A stretch of 63,272 nucleotides of DNA, counting the filler, from Octopus bimaculoides (taxonomy: Eukaryota), in NCBI RefSeq assembly GCF_001194135.2. It is 7 parts of 6 records of this genome, joined end to end, with 100 filler letters (N's around TTAATTAATTAA, not from the genome) between each part and the next. Parts side by side here need not be neighbours in the genome. Positions count along the whole stretch, not along the records: positions 45,111 to 60,463 come from NC_068992.1; positions 60,564 to 63,272 come from NC_068984.1; 5 more parts are not named here. The stretch is one strand, 5' to 3'. This document shows, piece by piece, positions 47,580 to 61,248 of the stretch. Positions within the stretch are counted from its first letter, which is position 1, and every line of letters starts with the position of its first letter. The notes under the pieces were generated by a model, which had not been told where the DNA came from, did not search any database, and was given only the letters and a program-made list of their open reading frames with translations. The translations under genes and the position numbers were made by a program.

Positions 47580-50500
47580 ATCAGCTTAGTTTCCTCTACA
47601 TTTAGCACTGTACGTAGTGTTTGGCAACAATGTCATATCCGCATGTAGGAACTACTCTGCTGGTGTTGGTGGGGAGCGGTAATGATGATGATGATACAGA
47701 TGTTGGCTTTTGCTCTACTAAAGTGCAACTGGCATTTTTTTTATCGAGATAGGTTTGTTTGAAAGCATCCTTATCTCATCTGTTATTTATTCAATAAATA
47801 TTTTTCGTTCTGAATAACAACGTTGCATTTTATGTCATGTATGCAATATATCTCCCTTAGGTTAAAGAAAATCTACTTTTTCATTTACTAGTATTCATAA
47901 TATGCATCCATGCATAAATTTCTGCTGGTGTGATGTTTCCTCCACTTGATTTTAATGAATATTGTCAGTCTGTTGGTAACATAAGGAAAATGTACCCTTA
48001 GGGTACGAATTAAGTTTTTTTTTTTGTCTTCTATCGAGATGTTATTGTTGCATCAATGATTTAGTATGCATGTAATATGCTCGTTTATCCCGATATTGTT
48101 CAATAAGTATTGTCTAAGTGATTTGATGCAGCTAACAAATACAATTTGGAATAACTTCGAGCATTTGTCTCCCTATTCTGTTTAACATACATCATAGCAA
48201 GTTGTCCGTTGTCGTGGAAGTAAGAAGCTGTCTTCTTAATCTTAATGTTCAAGTTTTGGTCCTCAAATATCCAATTTATCATGTAGATTTTAGTGTTAGA
48301 ACTGATATCGAGAAATTATTGTGGGATATGATGAAATTGAATGCGGACACCTTACATCTATACCTGACGAAGTCTGTTAATATATTCTATTCTTAGAGTT
48401 TTACTCACATTTCCAACATTTAGATTAAAATCGTTTCGGAGAAACTTAGAAACTTACAGCATTAAAGACAATGCTGATAGGTAAGCTATATTTCCTCATT
48501 TGATACTCATACATGAACGCGTATCCTGTACACATTTCATCCCTGTATCACGAAAAAATCTTTTGACCGGCTCTGTTTTTTTTTGTTTCGTAGACACTAC
48601 TTCGGGTTATCGATAAAAAAACTAGATGACATTAAAACCTTATTTTCTCAACTCATCATTACTGCTAGCTTTGGCATTTATTTACAGAGGCTGACAAAGG
48701 ATTCCCATAAAGGACGAACAACAAAACAAATAAGTTGTCTTCCCTGGGATAATTTCGATGATTTGCATTTATTTTCGAAGTCCTTTTTTTTTTCTTTATT
48801 TTCACCTCATTATAGTCAGTGTTTTAATAGCATCAACTCTCAAACTAAGAAAGACGTAATGTTTCTAGTATTCACGAATGTGGAATACGTCTTCACACAA
48901 TCAATGCGTATTGTCAATATATTTAAGCAAAGCAGTTTTCTTAATAAGGAAGTCGGCGACTCTTTACTATTCATAATGCATGACAACGTATCGTAGCAAT
49001 CATTGTGAAACACATTCACCAACGTAGTGGCATTTACACATTTCGAATTTATTATGTGCCTGCGCTTTTATATTATAAGTGTATCCGGTTCCTTAACCTT
49101 ATTCTTGTAAATAGCATTCAGGATATATTGTCATTCGAACAGGAAGACAAACACGGTTAGGTAGAACACGAGTTTCTTACAACAGTCAAATACAAAGTCT
49201 CTCGTAGATTATTTTTCCTTCGGTTGTGAAGCTTAACTATCAGTAGATAGGTATATATTTTAGATATTGTGTGATAACATATGTTAGGAAATGCTTTTTG
49301 ACAATACTCGTTCCATATCTGGGACAATTTATTACATTGCTATTTACAATCCAGATCCATATCACTACAAGAATGCTGATGTAATGTGCAACGTCCCCCT
49401 TAAAAATGGAGTATATGTTTAAAGATTTCACTTTCTTTATTATGAATTCTGAACTTCGCTTCTACATTTGGATAGCAACAGGATTGCAGATATATGTTTG
49501 TTTGTTTTATGCCAACTGTTGATGTTAAGGGAAATATCTACCAAGCTAGCATTGCATAATCGACATTTTCAATCACAACGTAGATATTCAGAGGCTTTCT
49601 TATCTCTCTTGTTGTTCTGATATTTAAAAAAAACCCACCTGTCCTTAGATAATAAGTATACAGCCGTCTAGATGAGAAATGATATATTTATTACAGAAGC
49701 AGGAGAGGCTTCTATTCTTGCTATGCTGACATGATGCGTAATTCTCCTGCATTTCTGTTAAAGTTAGTTTAGTTACACTTGTTTCACATAGAAAAGTTGT
49801 ATACTGATAACACACGGAGTAGCGTTTCAAGAATTCTTCACCTAATCTCATTGTGTAATTACCTTCACTAATGAGTATGCACGTGATGCACTAATTTCTC
49901 TCTTTCTGTTCAATAGGTGCTGTCTAAGTGATACGATGCAGCATTCAAAACCGTCTGAATTGAACTTTTGCGTTTGCACCTATCCCTAATATTCACTACT
50001 GATGAGGAAGTTAGCAGTCATTATCTGTGACTTCCTAGTCCTGATGCGCATTTTCGGATGTCTTTAAGTGTTTAATCCAATATCACAGGTGTTGGTACTA
50101 GAACTGGAATTTAAAAAAAAAAATCTTTGTGGATTATAGAATTATTGAATGCAGACAGCTCAGGCATCCATATATTCCAAAGTCTTCTCAAGTATTCTTT
50201 GTCATTTAAGCTTTACTTAGCGAAACATCATATGCAATATTCTCGTCGATTAAGAGGTATTGTAACATTCACCCCCGGAGTAATAGGCGACAGACAGGCT
50301 ATTTTCCATCCATATTCTTTGCTTGGTCAATAATTTACCTACGAAATATGAATATTTATCCTAACTAAATTCCATTGCTGTTTCGTGAGAATATTGTAAC
50401 TATTTCTAAGTCTTTCTAGGTGTCGTGAATATTATTCGAGTACAGCATAAAACATTTAAAAATTGTGTGACTGACAATGTTTCTCTCATCTGCAGGGATA

Positions 50501-50600
50501 TAAATATATATGAATATTCCAATAAAAATCGGGTATATCATGAGGGAATATGCCCCCTGCATCAATGCGTTTTCTTATGTTTTAAAACCTGGGAAGGTAA
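47580..50600 (-). pseudogene. Ancient ~1.8-kb tandem duplication of decayed coding-like sequence, family unassigned
   Basis: Anchors at offset 1808-1811: 48063/49874, 48099/49909 (29/34 nt), 48336/50144. Minus-strand peptides align between copies (EY..RL...WM, SAFN, CIxSLRQxLLN with synonymous changes). Confidence 0.55.
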
Positions 50601-50790
50601 AGTAGCGAGCTGGCAGGACCGTCAACACACTGGGCAAAATCTTTAGCAGCTTTTCGTTCATCTTTACATTTTGAGTTCAAATTAGATCGACGTCTACTTT
50701 GCCTTTCATTTTTCCGGGGACCAAAAATAATTTCCAGTTGAGAGTACTATGTTTGATTTAATCAGCTTATTCACCCTAAGTTGCTGGCCT
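50600..50790 (+). mobile_element. Old family-B SINE
   Basis: gtagcgagctggcaggaccgtc..gagttcaaatt..ctttgcctttcatttttccgggg. Confidence 0.65.
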
Positions 50791-51067
50791 ATGCTTATAT
50801 GTGTATATATATGCTTGTATGTCTGCTTGCATATATGTTTGCACATATGCATGCGCATATGAATTTTCTTTCAGGTTTTTTTTTTCATATTTAATTCATT
50901 TACTCGTTTCAACCAATGGACAGCATTAATCGATATATTGATCTCATTTCTTATTTTTATGTTTGGTACATAATTTACGTAGCATAGCTGGAATTGCTTT
51001 TTTTCGAACATAAAGGGTATTTCGGAAACACACATATATACACATACATACATACATACATACATAA

Positions 51068-51119
<52 letters not shown>

Positions 51120-51836
51120 GCACATACATTCATACACACACATATATATATATATATATATATTGTGTATGTGTATGAGCAATTTTGTATGTATATATTT
51201 ATTTGTGAATATATATTTACATACGCCTGTTTGTGTATGCATGAGACTCTATTCTACAGTTTATGCCAAGCNNNNNNNNNNNNNNNNNNNNNNNNNNNNN
51301 NNNNNNNNNNNNNNNNNNNNNNNNNNNNNNNNNNNNNNNNNNNNNNNNNNNNNNNNNNNNNNNNNNNNNNNNNNNNNNNNNNNNNNNNNNNNNNNNNNNN
51401 NNNNNNNNNNNNNNNNNNNNNNNNNNNNNNNNNNNNNNNNNNNNNNNNNNNNNNNNNNNNNNNNNNNNNNNNNNNNNNNNNNNNNNNNNNNNNNNNNNNN
51501 NNNNNNNNNNNNNNNNNNNNNNNNNNNNNNNNNNNNNNNNNNNNNNNNNNNNNNNNNNNNNNNNNNNNNNNNNNNNNNNNNNNNNNNNNNNNNNNNNNNN
51601 NNNNNNNNNNNNNNNNNNNNNNNNNNNNNNNNNNNNNNNNNNNNNNNNNNNNNNNNNNNNNNNNNNNNNNNNNNNNNNNNNNNNNNNNNNNNNNNNNNNN
51701 NNNNNNNNNNNNNNNNNNNNNNNNNNNNNNNNNNNNNNNNNNNNNNNNNNNNNNNNNNNNNNNNNNNNNNNNNNNNNNNNNNNNNNNNNNNNNNNNNNNN
51801 NNNNNNNNNNNNNNNNNNNNNNNNNNNNNNNNNNNN

Positions 51837-51869
<33 letters not shown>

Positions 51870-52737
51870 CCGTTGGAGTATATATGTGCATTCATGTATG
51901 TGTGTTTTCCAAAGAAAACAAATATCTCCAAATCCTCTTTGATGTGTTTCTTGCTAACAACACCTCAGTTAAAAATTCGTTTCTGTGTGTGTTTTAGTTT
52001 ATTTCCATTCAAAATACCCAAGTGCTTTATTTTTTTTTCCCCGTTAAAATTTACATCTTACAAATTTCAAACGCTGAACTCTGGGTATGCTATTCGCAGG
52101 TGCTCCAAATATGAAAAATGCTTCCATATACAGCCGAAATCACTCTAACTCTATGCTGTACTCAACAGATTCCTGCAGCGAATTCATAATTCTGATTATT
52201 GTTATTTTTCCTCTCCTCCTTCACTACTCCTCTAATTTATTTTTTTATGTAATTAATTTAAACACGTTTAAAAACAGCGTGATCTCTACACATCCTTTGA
52301 TCTCACTTCATGGCACAAAGAATTTTTGTTATTTTTAATACGGTAATTCGATTTCCTCTAGTTGTAACGAAACAACGCGGGACCATCTACACAGTTGAAC
52401 AAATTGCTTGAGCTATCTGCCAAATTTTCCTCAAATATTGACATACTTTCTTTAAAAAGAAGGAAACATTCGATAGCTTAGTTCAGAACTTCACTGGCAA
52501 ATATTGTCTTCTCGCGAATACATTTGTGGTTATTTGATGCACGTTGATTGAATGACCAAAATGGTATTTAGGCTGTTGGAATGCCTTTCATCATGGCTTT
52601 TTTTTAGATGAAGTTTAACGCAGTTATACAACACTATGAAAACAACAATTCTCTGCAAATTGCAATCTTCTGTGTTAAAAATAACACATGCACACACACG
52701 GGTGTATATGCCTGAATCTATCTATTTATCTATCAAT

Positions 52738-52890
52738 CTGGTTGTGTGGTAAGTAGCCTGCTTACCAACCATATGGTTCCGGGTTCAGTCCCACTGCATA
52801 GCACCTCGGACAGATGTCTTCTAGTATAGCCTCGAGCCGACCAAAGCCTTGTGAGTGAATTTGGTAGACAGAAACTGAAAGAAGCCCGTC
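52738..52890 (+). mobile_element. SINE family A, 5' half, running into (TA)n and gap
   Basis: ggttgtgtggtaagtagcctgc..gggttcagtcccactgc..gaaactgaaagaagcccgtcg. Confidence 0.88.
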
Positions 52891-52891
52891 G

Positions 52892-52935
<44 letters not shown>

Positions 52936-53730
52936 CATATATATATATNNNNNNNNNNNNNNNNNNNNNNNNNNNNNNNNNNNNNNNNNNNNNNNNNNNN
53001 NNNNNNNNNNNNNNNNNNNNNNNNNNNNNNNNNNNNNNNNNNNNNNNNNNNNNNNNNNNNNNNNNNNNNNNNNNNNNNNNNNNNNNNNNNNNNNNNNNNN
53101 NNNNNNNNNNNNNNNNNNNNNNNNNNNNNNNNNNNNNNNNNNNNNNNNNNNNNNNNNNNNNNNNNNNNNNNNNNNNNNNNNNNNNNNNNNNNNNNNNNNN
53201 NNNNNNNNNNNNNNNNNNNNNNNNNNNNNNNNNNNNNNNNNNNNNNNNNNNNNNNNNNNNNNNNNNNNNNNNNNNNNNNNNNNNNNNNNNNNNNNNNNNN
53301 NNNNNNNNNNNNNNNNNNNNNNNNNNNNNNNNNNNNNNNNNNNNNNNNNNNNNNNNNNNNNNNNNNNNNNNNNNNNNNNNNNNNNNNNNNNNNNNNNNNN
53401 NNNNNNNNNNNNNNNNNNNNNNNNNNNNNNNNNNNNNNNNNNNNNNNNNNNNNNNNNNNNNNNNNNNNNNNNNNNNNNNNNNNNNNNNNNNNNNNNNNNN
53501 NNNNNNNNNNNNNNNNNNNNNNNNNNNNNNNNNNNNNNNNNNNNNNNNNNNNNNNNNNNNNNNNNNNNNNNNNNNNNNNNNNNNNNNNNNNNNNNNNNNN
53601 NNNNNNNNNNNNNNNNNNNNNNNNNNNNNNNNNNNNNNNNNNNNNNNNNNNNNNNNNNNNNNNNNNNNNNNNNNNNNNNNNNNNNNNNNNNNNNNNNNNN
53701 NNNNNNNNNNNNNNNNNNNNNNNNNNNNNN

Positions 53731-53767
<37 letters not shown>

Positions 53768-54258
53768 GCATGTATGTAAGTATACATTTAAATTTAATCT
53801 TCTCTCGTCCACCACATTAATTTCCTTGTTACGGATTACATTGTGGGTCATGTGATCGCTTTTGTTTCTGAATTTATTCATGAAACTCATATGTTTCCTT
53901 CGTTAAACTTTTCCCTAACTATGCTTTCAAAAGCAGGTGCAATTTCTCACCTGTGCAGAAACATATATCAATATATGAAAAGGTGGAAGGCTTGAAGAAA
54001 TTAGATTGTGTTATTTCGTTGTGACACCTAAGTTGTTGATAACTCAGATGTTTCAAAGATAAAATATTTAATAGTCTATGAAGACATTAATTCCAAAAAA
54101 CTAAATGCGCATGATGATATGAATGATGTTAGGAAGAATGAACAAGCGCAATGCATGATGGAATAGTTTTGACATTGTTGCAGTGGTGGCATGATCTTTT
54201 CGTTTTTTATGCAAATGTTTGGGGCTAAACTTTACTAGACCGACATGAAATTTGATTC

Positions 54259-54605
54259 GGAGTCGGAGTTGGAGACCCCTTTCGGTCACGAATGACCATG
54301 GGATTGCACCTTGAAAGTTACCCTCCTAGGCACAAGTCCGAACAAGGTTGTTTATAGAAAACCAGCAGTCGCACATGCATACCAGCCTCCCCTTTCCACA
54401 CCACCGATGTTATCCGAGGGAAAGGCAAAGGCCGATACAGCTTGGCATCAGTGATGTCGCAACTCATTTCTACAGTTGAGTGAACTGGAGCAATGTGAAA
54501 TAAAGTGTCTTGCTCGAAAACACAACACGCAGCCCGGTCCGGGATTCTAACTCACAACCTCACGGTCGTAAGATCGACGATCTGACCACTGAGCCATGCA
54601 CCTTC
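54259..54605 (-). mobile_element. Full-length tRNA-derived SINE (family D) with 16-bp TSD
   Basis: Minus-strand head tgcatggctcagtggtcag..gagttagaatcccg; flanked by acatgaaatttgattc (54243-54258) and acatgaaatttgactc (54606-54621). Confidence 0.85.
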
Positions 54606-55039
54606 ACATGAAATTTGACTCTAAGTGTCATTATAGGGAAGGTAGTCTTCGCCAGTTGTATCCAAGCTAAGCTCGATAATAATGGTCTGGAACCCGAAAA
54701 GTCGGTAACGTGTATGTGTATTATTTCTTACTGAAAAAAACTTGAACCCTGAAATGCTACATAAATAAGGCCGATTGGCATAATGTTAATACTACGTAGC
54801 CGCTGCTAGAGGGTTATTGAAAATAAATCCCGCAAAATTCAGATAAAGATAGTTTGCCATACCACTGTCGGCAAGGAGCTGAAACGCAGCAGACACAGAC
54901 TGATGTAAACCACTATTGACAAAAAAAAAAAAATGTAAACGTCATAATTCTTTAAAAGCGCTAAACCTTTTTTCAGTAATATTACTTTCAAATAGAATAT
55001 TACTGCTTCACAATCGATATAATATTATACTGTTTTAAA

Positions 55040-55860
55040 AACAATACATTGACGTAAAATCCACAGCACTCCATGCACAGTTATTACGAAAGAGTAATTA
55101 GAGAAATTCATGTTCTCTTAATTTCTGTTGACCACAAGCCAAATTTTTGCATAAGACAAAGCTCCTTCAGAATATTTACCACCAAAATATACATTTTTTT
55201 GTTCAAACCTCATACTTACAATTAGCGTGATCTATGAAAGCATGTAACCAATTTATTCTAGCAAAAAATTGAGTTAGTTATTTACTTCTACTTGCGATAT
55301 GAATAAATTATCACTTGAAAATGTCAGGCACAAATTGTGGTCCGTCTTCCCGTATGAGAATTCCCCGGGTGAAAACGTTGACAATAATTTTAAAGGTTTC
55401 GATGTATATAAAAAAAGGGTGGATTGTTACTGAGATGCCTGAATATGTCGAATGTGTTAAGAAAGGTTTAGTACCAAGTATACGACAAGAATTTTTTTTA
55501 AAGAGATGGACGCTGATGGATAAAACAGGGCGCTCGCCTGTACTAACAATGAAGTTACAGATAAGTCGTAAACTTCGATAAAAATAATAGAGGTAATGGG
55601 AAATTATAGTGAAGAAGGTGCAGCAGATGCAAATGAAAGGCTTAGTATTGACATGCTAATTGAAATGTTTGGTGAAGCAATCAAAGAGTTTGAACGGCGT
55701 TCCTACATGACAGAACAAGATGTCACGAATATTATTTGATGCACAAGCCGAGAAGAGAGTGTGTTAATGGACAAAGCCTGCATCTGAAATACAAATCTTC
55801 AATTTCAAACACCGGGAATATTTCTCCACAACTTCAAAATCTCTTAAGAAACGGACATCT
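55040..55860 (+). mobile_element. pogo/Tigger (CENP-B-like DDE_1) transposase C-terminal remnant
   Basis: YLPPKYTFFVQ (compare LPPNTTSLIQP), NVRHKLWS (compare AWxKLWP), acidic tail FKEMDADG..EEGAADANERLSIDMLIEM. Confidence 0.55.
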
Positions 55861-56032
55861 GAGAAACAGCAATACTTTCAACCCTCAACATAGAGAGACA
55901 GTAGCTGTCTTGTTTTATGAAACAATAAAAGTTGAAACTTAATTTGCATGAATTACAGTTACTTGTTTAAATAATAACTCATTGGCTATATATAAATACA
56001 TTCATACATACACACATACATACCTACATACA

Positions 56033-56079
<47 letters not shown>

Positions 56080-56237
56080 NNNNNNNNNNNNNNNNNNNNN
56101 NNNNNNNNNNNNNNNNNNNNNNNNNNNNNNNNNNNNNNNNNNNNNNNNNNNNNNNNNNNNNNNNNNNNNNNNNNNNNNNNNNNNNNNAAGAAAAAACAAC
56201 AACGTGAGGGCGTGGAATAAGTGCAGTGTTATTGGTC

Positions 56238-56411
56238 CCTGAGGAAAGGAAATCCCTCGCAGGATTACCTCATTTTTATCAACCAAGTGGATTAGAGCAA
56301 TGTAAAATGAAGTGCTTTGCTCAAGAACACAACACATCACCTTATCCATCAATCGAAACCACAATCTTACGAACATCGGTCCAATACCCTAACTAGTAAG
56401 ACTCGCGCCTC
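56238..56411 (-). mobile_element. Diverged tRNA-derived SINE 5' part (family C/D-like)
   Basis: Minus strand: ..ttagggtattggacc..gtggtttcgattg..tgtgttcttgagcaaagcacttcatttt. Confidence 0.65.
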
Positions 56412-56529
56412 TACGTGAGTGAGAGAGAGAGAAAAGGTGAAAGAGAGAGAGAGAGAGAGAGAAAGACGAAGTGAGAGAGAAAGTGAGAGAGAGAAAGTGA
56501 GAGAGAGAGAGAGTGAGAGAAATGTGTAT

Positions 56530-56730
56530 TTCTATGAATTTGTTCGACCACTACTGCCTGATAGATGGTATTGGCTTCTTTACGTCCTTGTCGCAGAACG
56601 GTTCGGCAAAAGACACAGAATATCCATCTGTCGTAAAGAAAATTTTGTATCATGATCAATTTGTTCGATTGAACCATTGGAGGCGGTGCCCAACATGACC
56701 GCAGTCCAACAACTGAAAGAAGTGAAGGAT
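56530..56730 (+). mobile_element. SINE family A, 3' half (old)
   Basis: acggttcggcaaaagacacagaat..gaggcggtgcccaacatgaccgcagtccaacaactgaaa. Confidence 0.7.
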
Positions 56731-57000
56731 GAAAGACAGCAAATGTTCAAACTTATGGTAATATACTTTTCAAATACGATTTCTGATGATGTGGACAAAA
56801 ACTATGTTCAACAACACCATAAATTTCAAAGTAAATATTGTCATATACGTGCTGTTTTGCATGAATATAAATAAGCTGTAATATGGGGATAACTGCTTAT
56901 ATTATAGTGTCTCAATAAATATAAACGATTAATGATCGACTTTTTCCCTCTTGTAGACTATCTGTCTCGTACTGGATTTGACACTATTAGTTTACACTGT

Positions 57001-57038
<38 letters not shown>

Positions 57039-57063
57039 TCTGGTTCTTTCACTNNNNNNNNNN

Positions 57064-57100
<37 letters not shown>

Positions 57101-57154
57101 TCTGGTTCTTTCACTTTTATGGACACGTACATATATAAATATGGATATATTCGA

Positions 57155-57200
<46 letters not shown>

Positions 57201-57741
57201 AAAGCTGAAAAGGAACACATGAGTTGATATGTGTAAGGAAAATGAGTCAAGGTAGAAAATGCTAATATAATTTTATCATAAAAAAAACATCTAAGTATCG
57301 GGTTCAGTCATTGAGACTTTTTCAACTCTGAGTAGTGAAAACATTTAAATTTGGGAAAAATTAAATGAATTTTTTTATAAAATAATATTTGCATAGTCTT
57401 CAAATACCAGGGGCATTTTCCATGTTTCTGCCTGTCTCCGTCTCTCTTGTTACTCTTGTGGGTTCGAGGNNNNNNNNNNNNNNNNNNNNNNNNNNNNNNN
57501 NNNNNNNNNNNNNNNNNNNNNNNNNNNNNNNNNNNNNNNNNNNNNNNNNNNNNNNNNNNNNNNNNNNNNNNNNNNNNNNNNNNNNNNNNNNNNNNNNNNN
57601 NNNNNNNNNNNNNNNNNNNNNNNNNNNNNNNNNNNNNNNNNNNNNNNNNNNNNNNNNNNNNNNNNNNNNNNNNNNNNNNNNNNNNNNNNNNNNNNNNNNN
57701 NNNNNNNNNNNNNNNNNNNNNNNNNNNNNNNNNNNNATATA

Positions 57742-57780
<39 letters not shown>

Positions 57781-58517
57781 TTATATATGTATTTTCACAG
57801 ACATAGATATACATATATATGCGCACGAATATATATCCGTATGCATGCCTGTATGTATGTTTGTATGTAAGCATAAACACTAGGCTCTCGTTTATCTTCC
57901 TTATATTTTATCATTGTAATTTAAATAGGTGAATTTCTCGTATAATTATTCCAAAAACAATCTCGGGAATATTCATCCTCTCTACATTACACTTATTTCA
58001 CATTCTTTTTATACAATCTTTCTTTCCTATGCACTTTCCGACTCTTACTCGCACCTAATACGTCTTTAGTTACAGACTCACACATTCCCTGTAGCAGAAT
58101 ATTTTTTCATCTAAAAATATGACAACATCGTGTTTCCGTTTCGTCATCCCTATATATCTGCGAGCTTGTGCATGCTTCGCACTCACAAGTGAGCATTTAT
58201 TATGTATGTTTGTGATTAATATGTACTTATGCGTGTGTACATATACGTCTGTCGATGTATATATTCACAGACATATACAATATATACGTACATATAAAGG
58301 AAAAGGGTATCATATATATTGATATGGGCTATCACAGTATATGTTATGTGCTTTGTAACAGCATTGGAGCATTTTAGCTCCTATTTCTAGCTATATATGT
58401 ATGTGTGTATATATTGCGCCTTTTCTAGCAATGTAGGTGTTATTCACACCCTTAGTTGAATATAATTATCATTTACAGTATAATGTTGCAAACAGCTGCT
58501 TTTATTAATTTCATATA

Positions 58518-59378
58518 CAGTGTCTCAAAAAAAAAAATGTATACACACTTTAGCAGCTGATAACTCAATTGATGTTTTTTTTCTTTCCGGATGAAACCCA
58601 GTGGAATTAATTATGGCTGATAGACTAAGCTTTTGAACAAAGGGAAGTCATTCTAAAATGCTACTGGAAATGTGAAAATGCAGTTGAAGTGCAAAGACAG
58701 TTTAGGAGGGAGTTTAAAACAGATCCACCAATGTGACTTACCATCACCCACATTAGAGATAAGTTTGAACCCGATGGAACTGTTCAGAATGTTCACGAGA
58801 AGCGTTCCAGAAGACCATGAGCATCGACAACCCCAACAGACCATGAAGTAATACTGAAAACGCATCACCAATGTCCAAGAAAATTTATGCGGCAAGCAAG
58901 TCGTGAGGTAGGTATGTCAAAACCGTGTGTCCAACATATTTTGAAGCGTTGTCCAAGGAAACGTTGCGTTCCAAGATTAGTCCACACTACAAATAATGAT
59001 GATCCAGACTGAAGAGTGCAGTATTGCGAGTGGTACTTGGCACGATGTGTAGAAGTTGCACACTTTCCAACACAAATTGTGTGGAGTGATGTGGTCACAT
59101 TCAAATTAAATGTTTCAATTAACCGCCAAAATTGCACTTACTGGGGACCTGAGAATCTGCATGTTATGGGGAAAAAAACCATGTTAATTTACCCGGGGTT
59201 ACAGTGTGGTGTGGCTTATCATCAAGAGAATTAATTGGACCATTCATTTTTGACGCTACTATGACTGGTCCCGTTTACTTGAACTTACTTTACTGTCATG
59301 TCAAGCATTAGAGAAGACTTTGAAGATGAGTTTTGTTTTCAGCAGGATGGAACACTTCCACACTACAATCGCGATGGT
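58518..59378 (+). mobile_element. Tc1/mariner (DUF4817-type) transposon, 3'-truncated
   Basis: TA-cagtgtctcaaaaaa..tgtatacacactt start; [58 protein letters not shown]. Confidence 0.85.
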
Positions 59379-59382
59379 AGCC

Positions 59383-59455
59383 AATTCATTGGTATAATGG
59401 TAACACACTTAGTCAAGTTAAGAAAGGTATATGGGTTCGAGACCCACGCGGATTC
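59383..59455 (+). pseudogene. tRNA-like sequence (Val-like skeleton), degenerate
   Basis: A-box tggtataatgg; T-arm atggg-ttcgaga-cccac; acceptor-like aattcat/gcggatt; T7 run at 59467-59473. The anticodon arm is non-canonical. Confidence 0.45.
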
Positions 59456-59680
59456 GAAAGTCTACCTTTTTTTCTGTCGAGGGCTTATATGCCCCATTAT
59501 TAGACTAGCTTCCTTAGTCATTGCACGGCAATCGCTACATGCTTTAGCCTTATATAAATTGCATTATTATTATTTACAGGACTGTAAAATCCGGCACCGT
59601 ATAACAAAACCATTCGCACCGAATGCACATAGAAAGTGTGTTTACAAAAAAATCAACAATACGTCAGCAAAAAGATACAT

Positions 59681-59720
<40 letters not shown>

Positions 59721-60967
59721 ATACACACACACACACATACGGAGTCACACCCACACACACACACACGGAGTCACACCCACAGACATACTCTTTCGCCCAA
59801 ACTTTCTCTCACTCTTTCTTCCTGTTTCTTTGGTAACACTGCGATGGACAGGCGTCCCGTCCAGCTGGGAGGAACACATACGCCATAGAAACGAGGAAAC
59901 CGGTCCCATGAGCCTGGCTAGGCTTTAAAAGGGCGGCGAATAATACCGGACAGACCTGATTTAGGGTTAATCATTATATATTGTTTTATCTCTATACTTT
60001 TTTAATGATTACCTAGAGTATGCTATATTACTTAAATTTTTATAAACATATTTACCCGTCTATTAAACTTGATATTTAAATGCACGGTTAATTACTACAT
60101 ATTGTTTATCTCTATACTTTCTAATGATTCCCCAGAGTATAATTTGTTATTATTTTATATTTATTTCTCTAAATATACTTCACCCCCACCCACACACACA
60201 CACACCTTTATAAGGTCTGTATCAAATTTTTCTATAAAACAATACTCAGGTAACTGTAATGTTCCGTGCTCTTAACACATAAAAACGTAAAAATGTAAAA
60301 GTATATCTTTTTCCTACCTCCGACAAGATTCAACTTTATAATGATTTAATTAATTTAATTAATTTTTTAAAGCCTGAATCCAAACAGCTGTCAGGGATTA
60401 TGTCTATTTTTGTAATTAATAAATATAATTATTAATTGATTTTTTTTCTATTTTCATATTTTTNNNNNNNNNNNNNNNNNNNNNNNNNNNNNNNNNNNNN
60501 NNNNNNNTTAATTAATTAANNNNNNNNNNNNNNNNNNNNNNNNNNNNNNNNNNNNNNNNNNNNGGGGGAGTGCAGTAAAAAGGGACAGAGGGAGGTGGGC
60601 GTCAGAACTAAAAAATGATGAAAGATGGTCGGAGCAGAAAGGGAACTAGAGGAGGCAGAGGAGAGTGTGTGTGTGATGGTTTATATATCAGATTTATAAT
60701 GTTCTGAGTGTATGAATGATGGAGCACAAATGAGCTGGGTAGGAACTGGGTAAGAAGGAAGAATTAGATGTGTGAGAGAGAGAAGGCTGCATTGATAGGG
60801 GACAGCTGGGTAAAGAAGTGCCAAGAGATCCATGAGAAGAGAACCTGCAGAAGAGAAGGTTAAGCTAGACATGGGAAGGATGGTGAAGGCTGACCTTATA
60901 AAGGGGAACTTCAAGAAAGAGGGGACAGGCTGCAACAAGTGGTCAGACACTGTGCTGGAACCCATAT

Positions 60968-61171
60968 CTTACTCTTTAACTTGTTTTGGTCATTTGACTA
61001 TGGCCATGCTGGAGCACCATCTTTAGTCAAGCAAATCGACCCCAGGATTTATTCTTTGTAAGCCTAGTACTTATTCTATCGGTCTCTTTTTGCTGAGCCA
61101 CTAAGTTACAGGGGACGTAAACACACTAACATCAGTTGTCAAGTTATGTGGGTGGGCAAACAGATACACAA

Positions 61172-61248
<77 letters not shown>

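Noticed and set aside
31690-48945. Identical 8-mer SLLRKLLC in two unrelated minus-strand ORFs (about 31700 and 48930) with different codons
   Set aside because: No similarity beyond the Leu-rich 8-mer; compatible with chance across six frames.
49999-50040. CTGATGA followed by a strong hairpin (GGAAGT...ACTTCC)
   Set aside because: No GAAA or UH follows and there is no stem I; not a hammerhead.
47900-50340. Ankyrin-, LRR- or Mab-21-like readings of the duplicated block (NMDGK*PV, AASYHLD, SLRQYLLNN)
   Set aside because: The motifs fall in different frames and are short; no family assignment is supportable without a profile search.
5275-60519. Identical TTAATTAATTAA islands inside gaps (5275, 17296, 24549, 38430, 45055, 60508)
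   Set aside because: Each is 44 N + 12 nt + 44 N = 100 nt and has stops in all six frames: a scaffolding placeholder, not biology.
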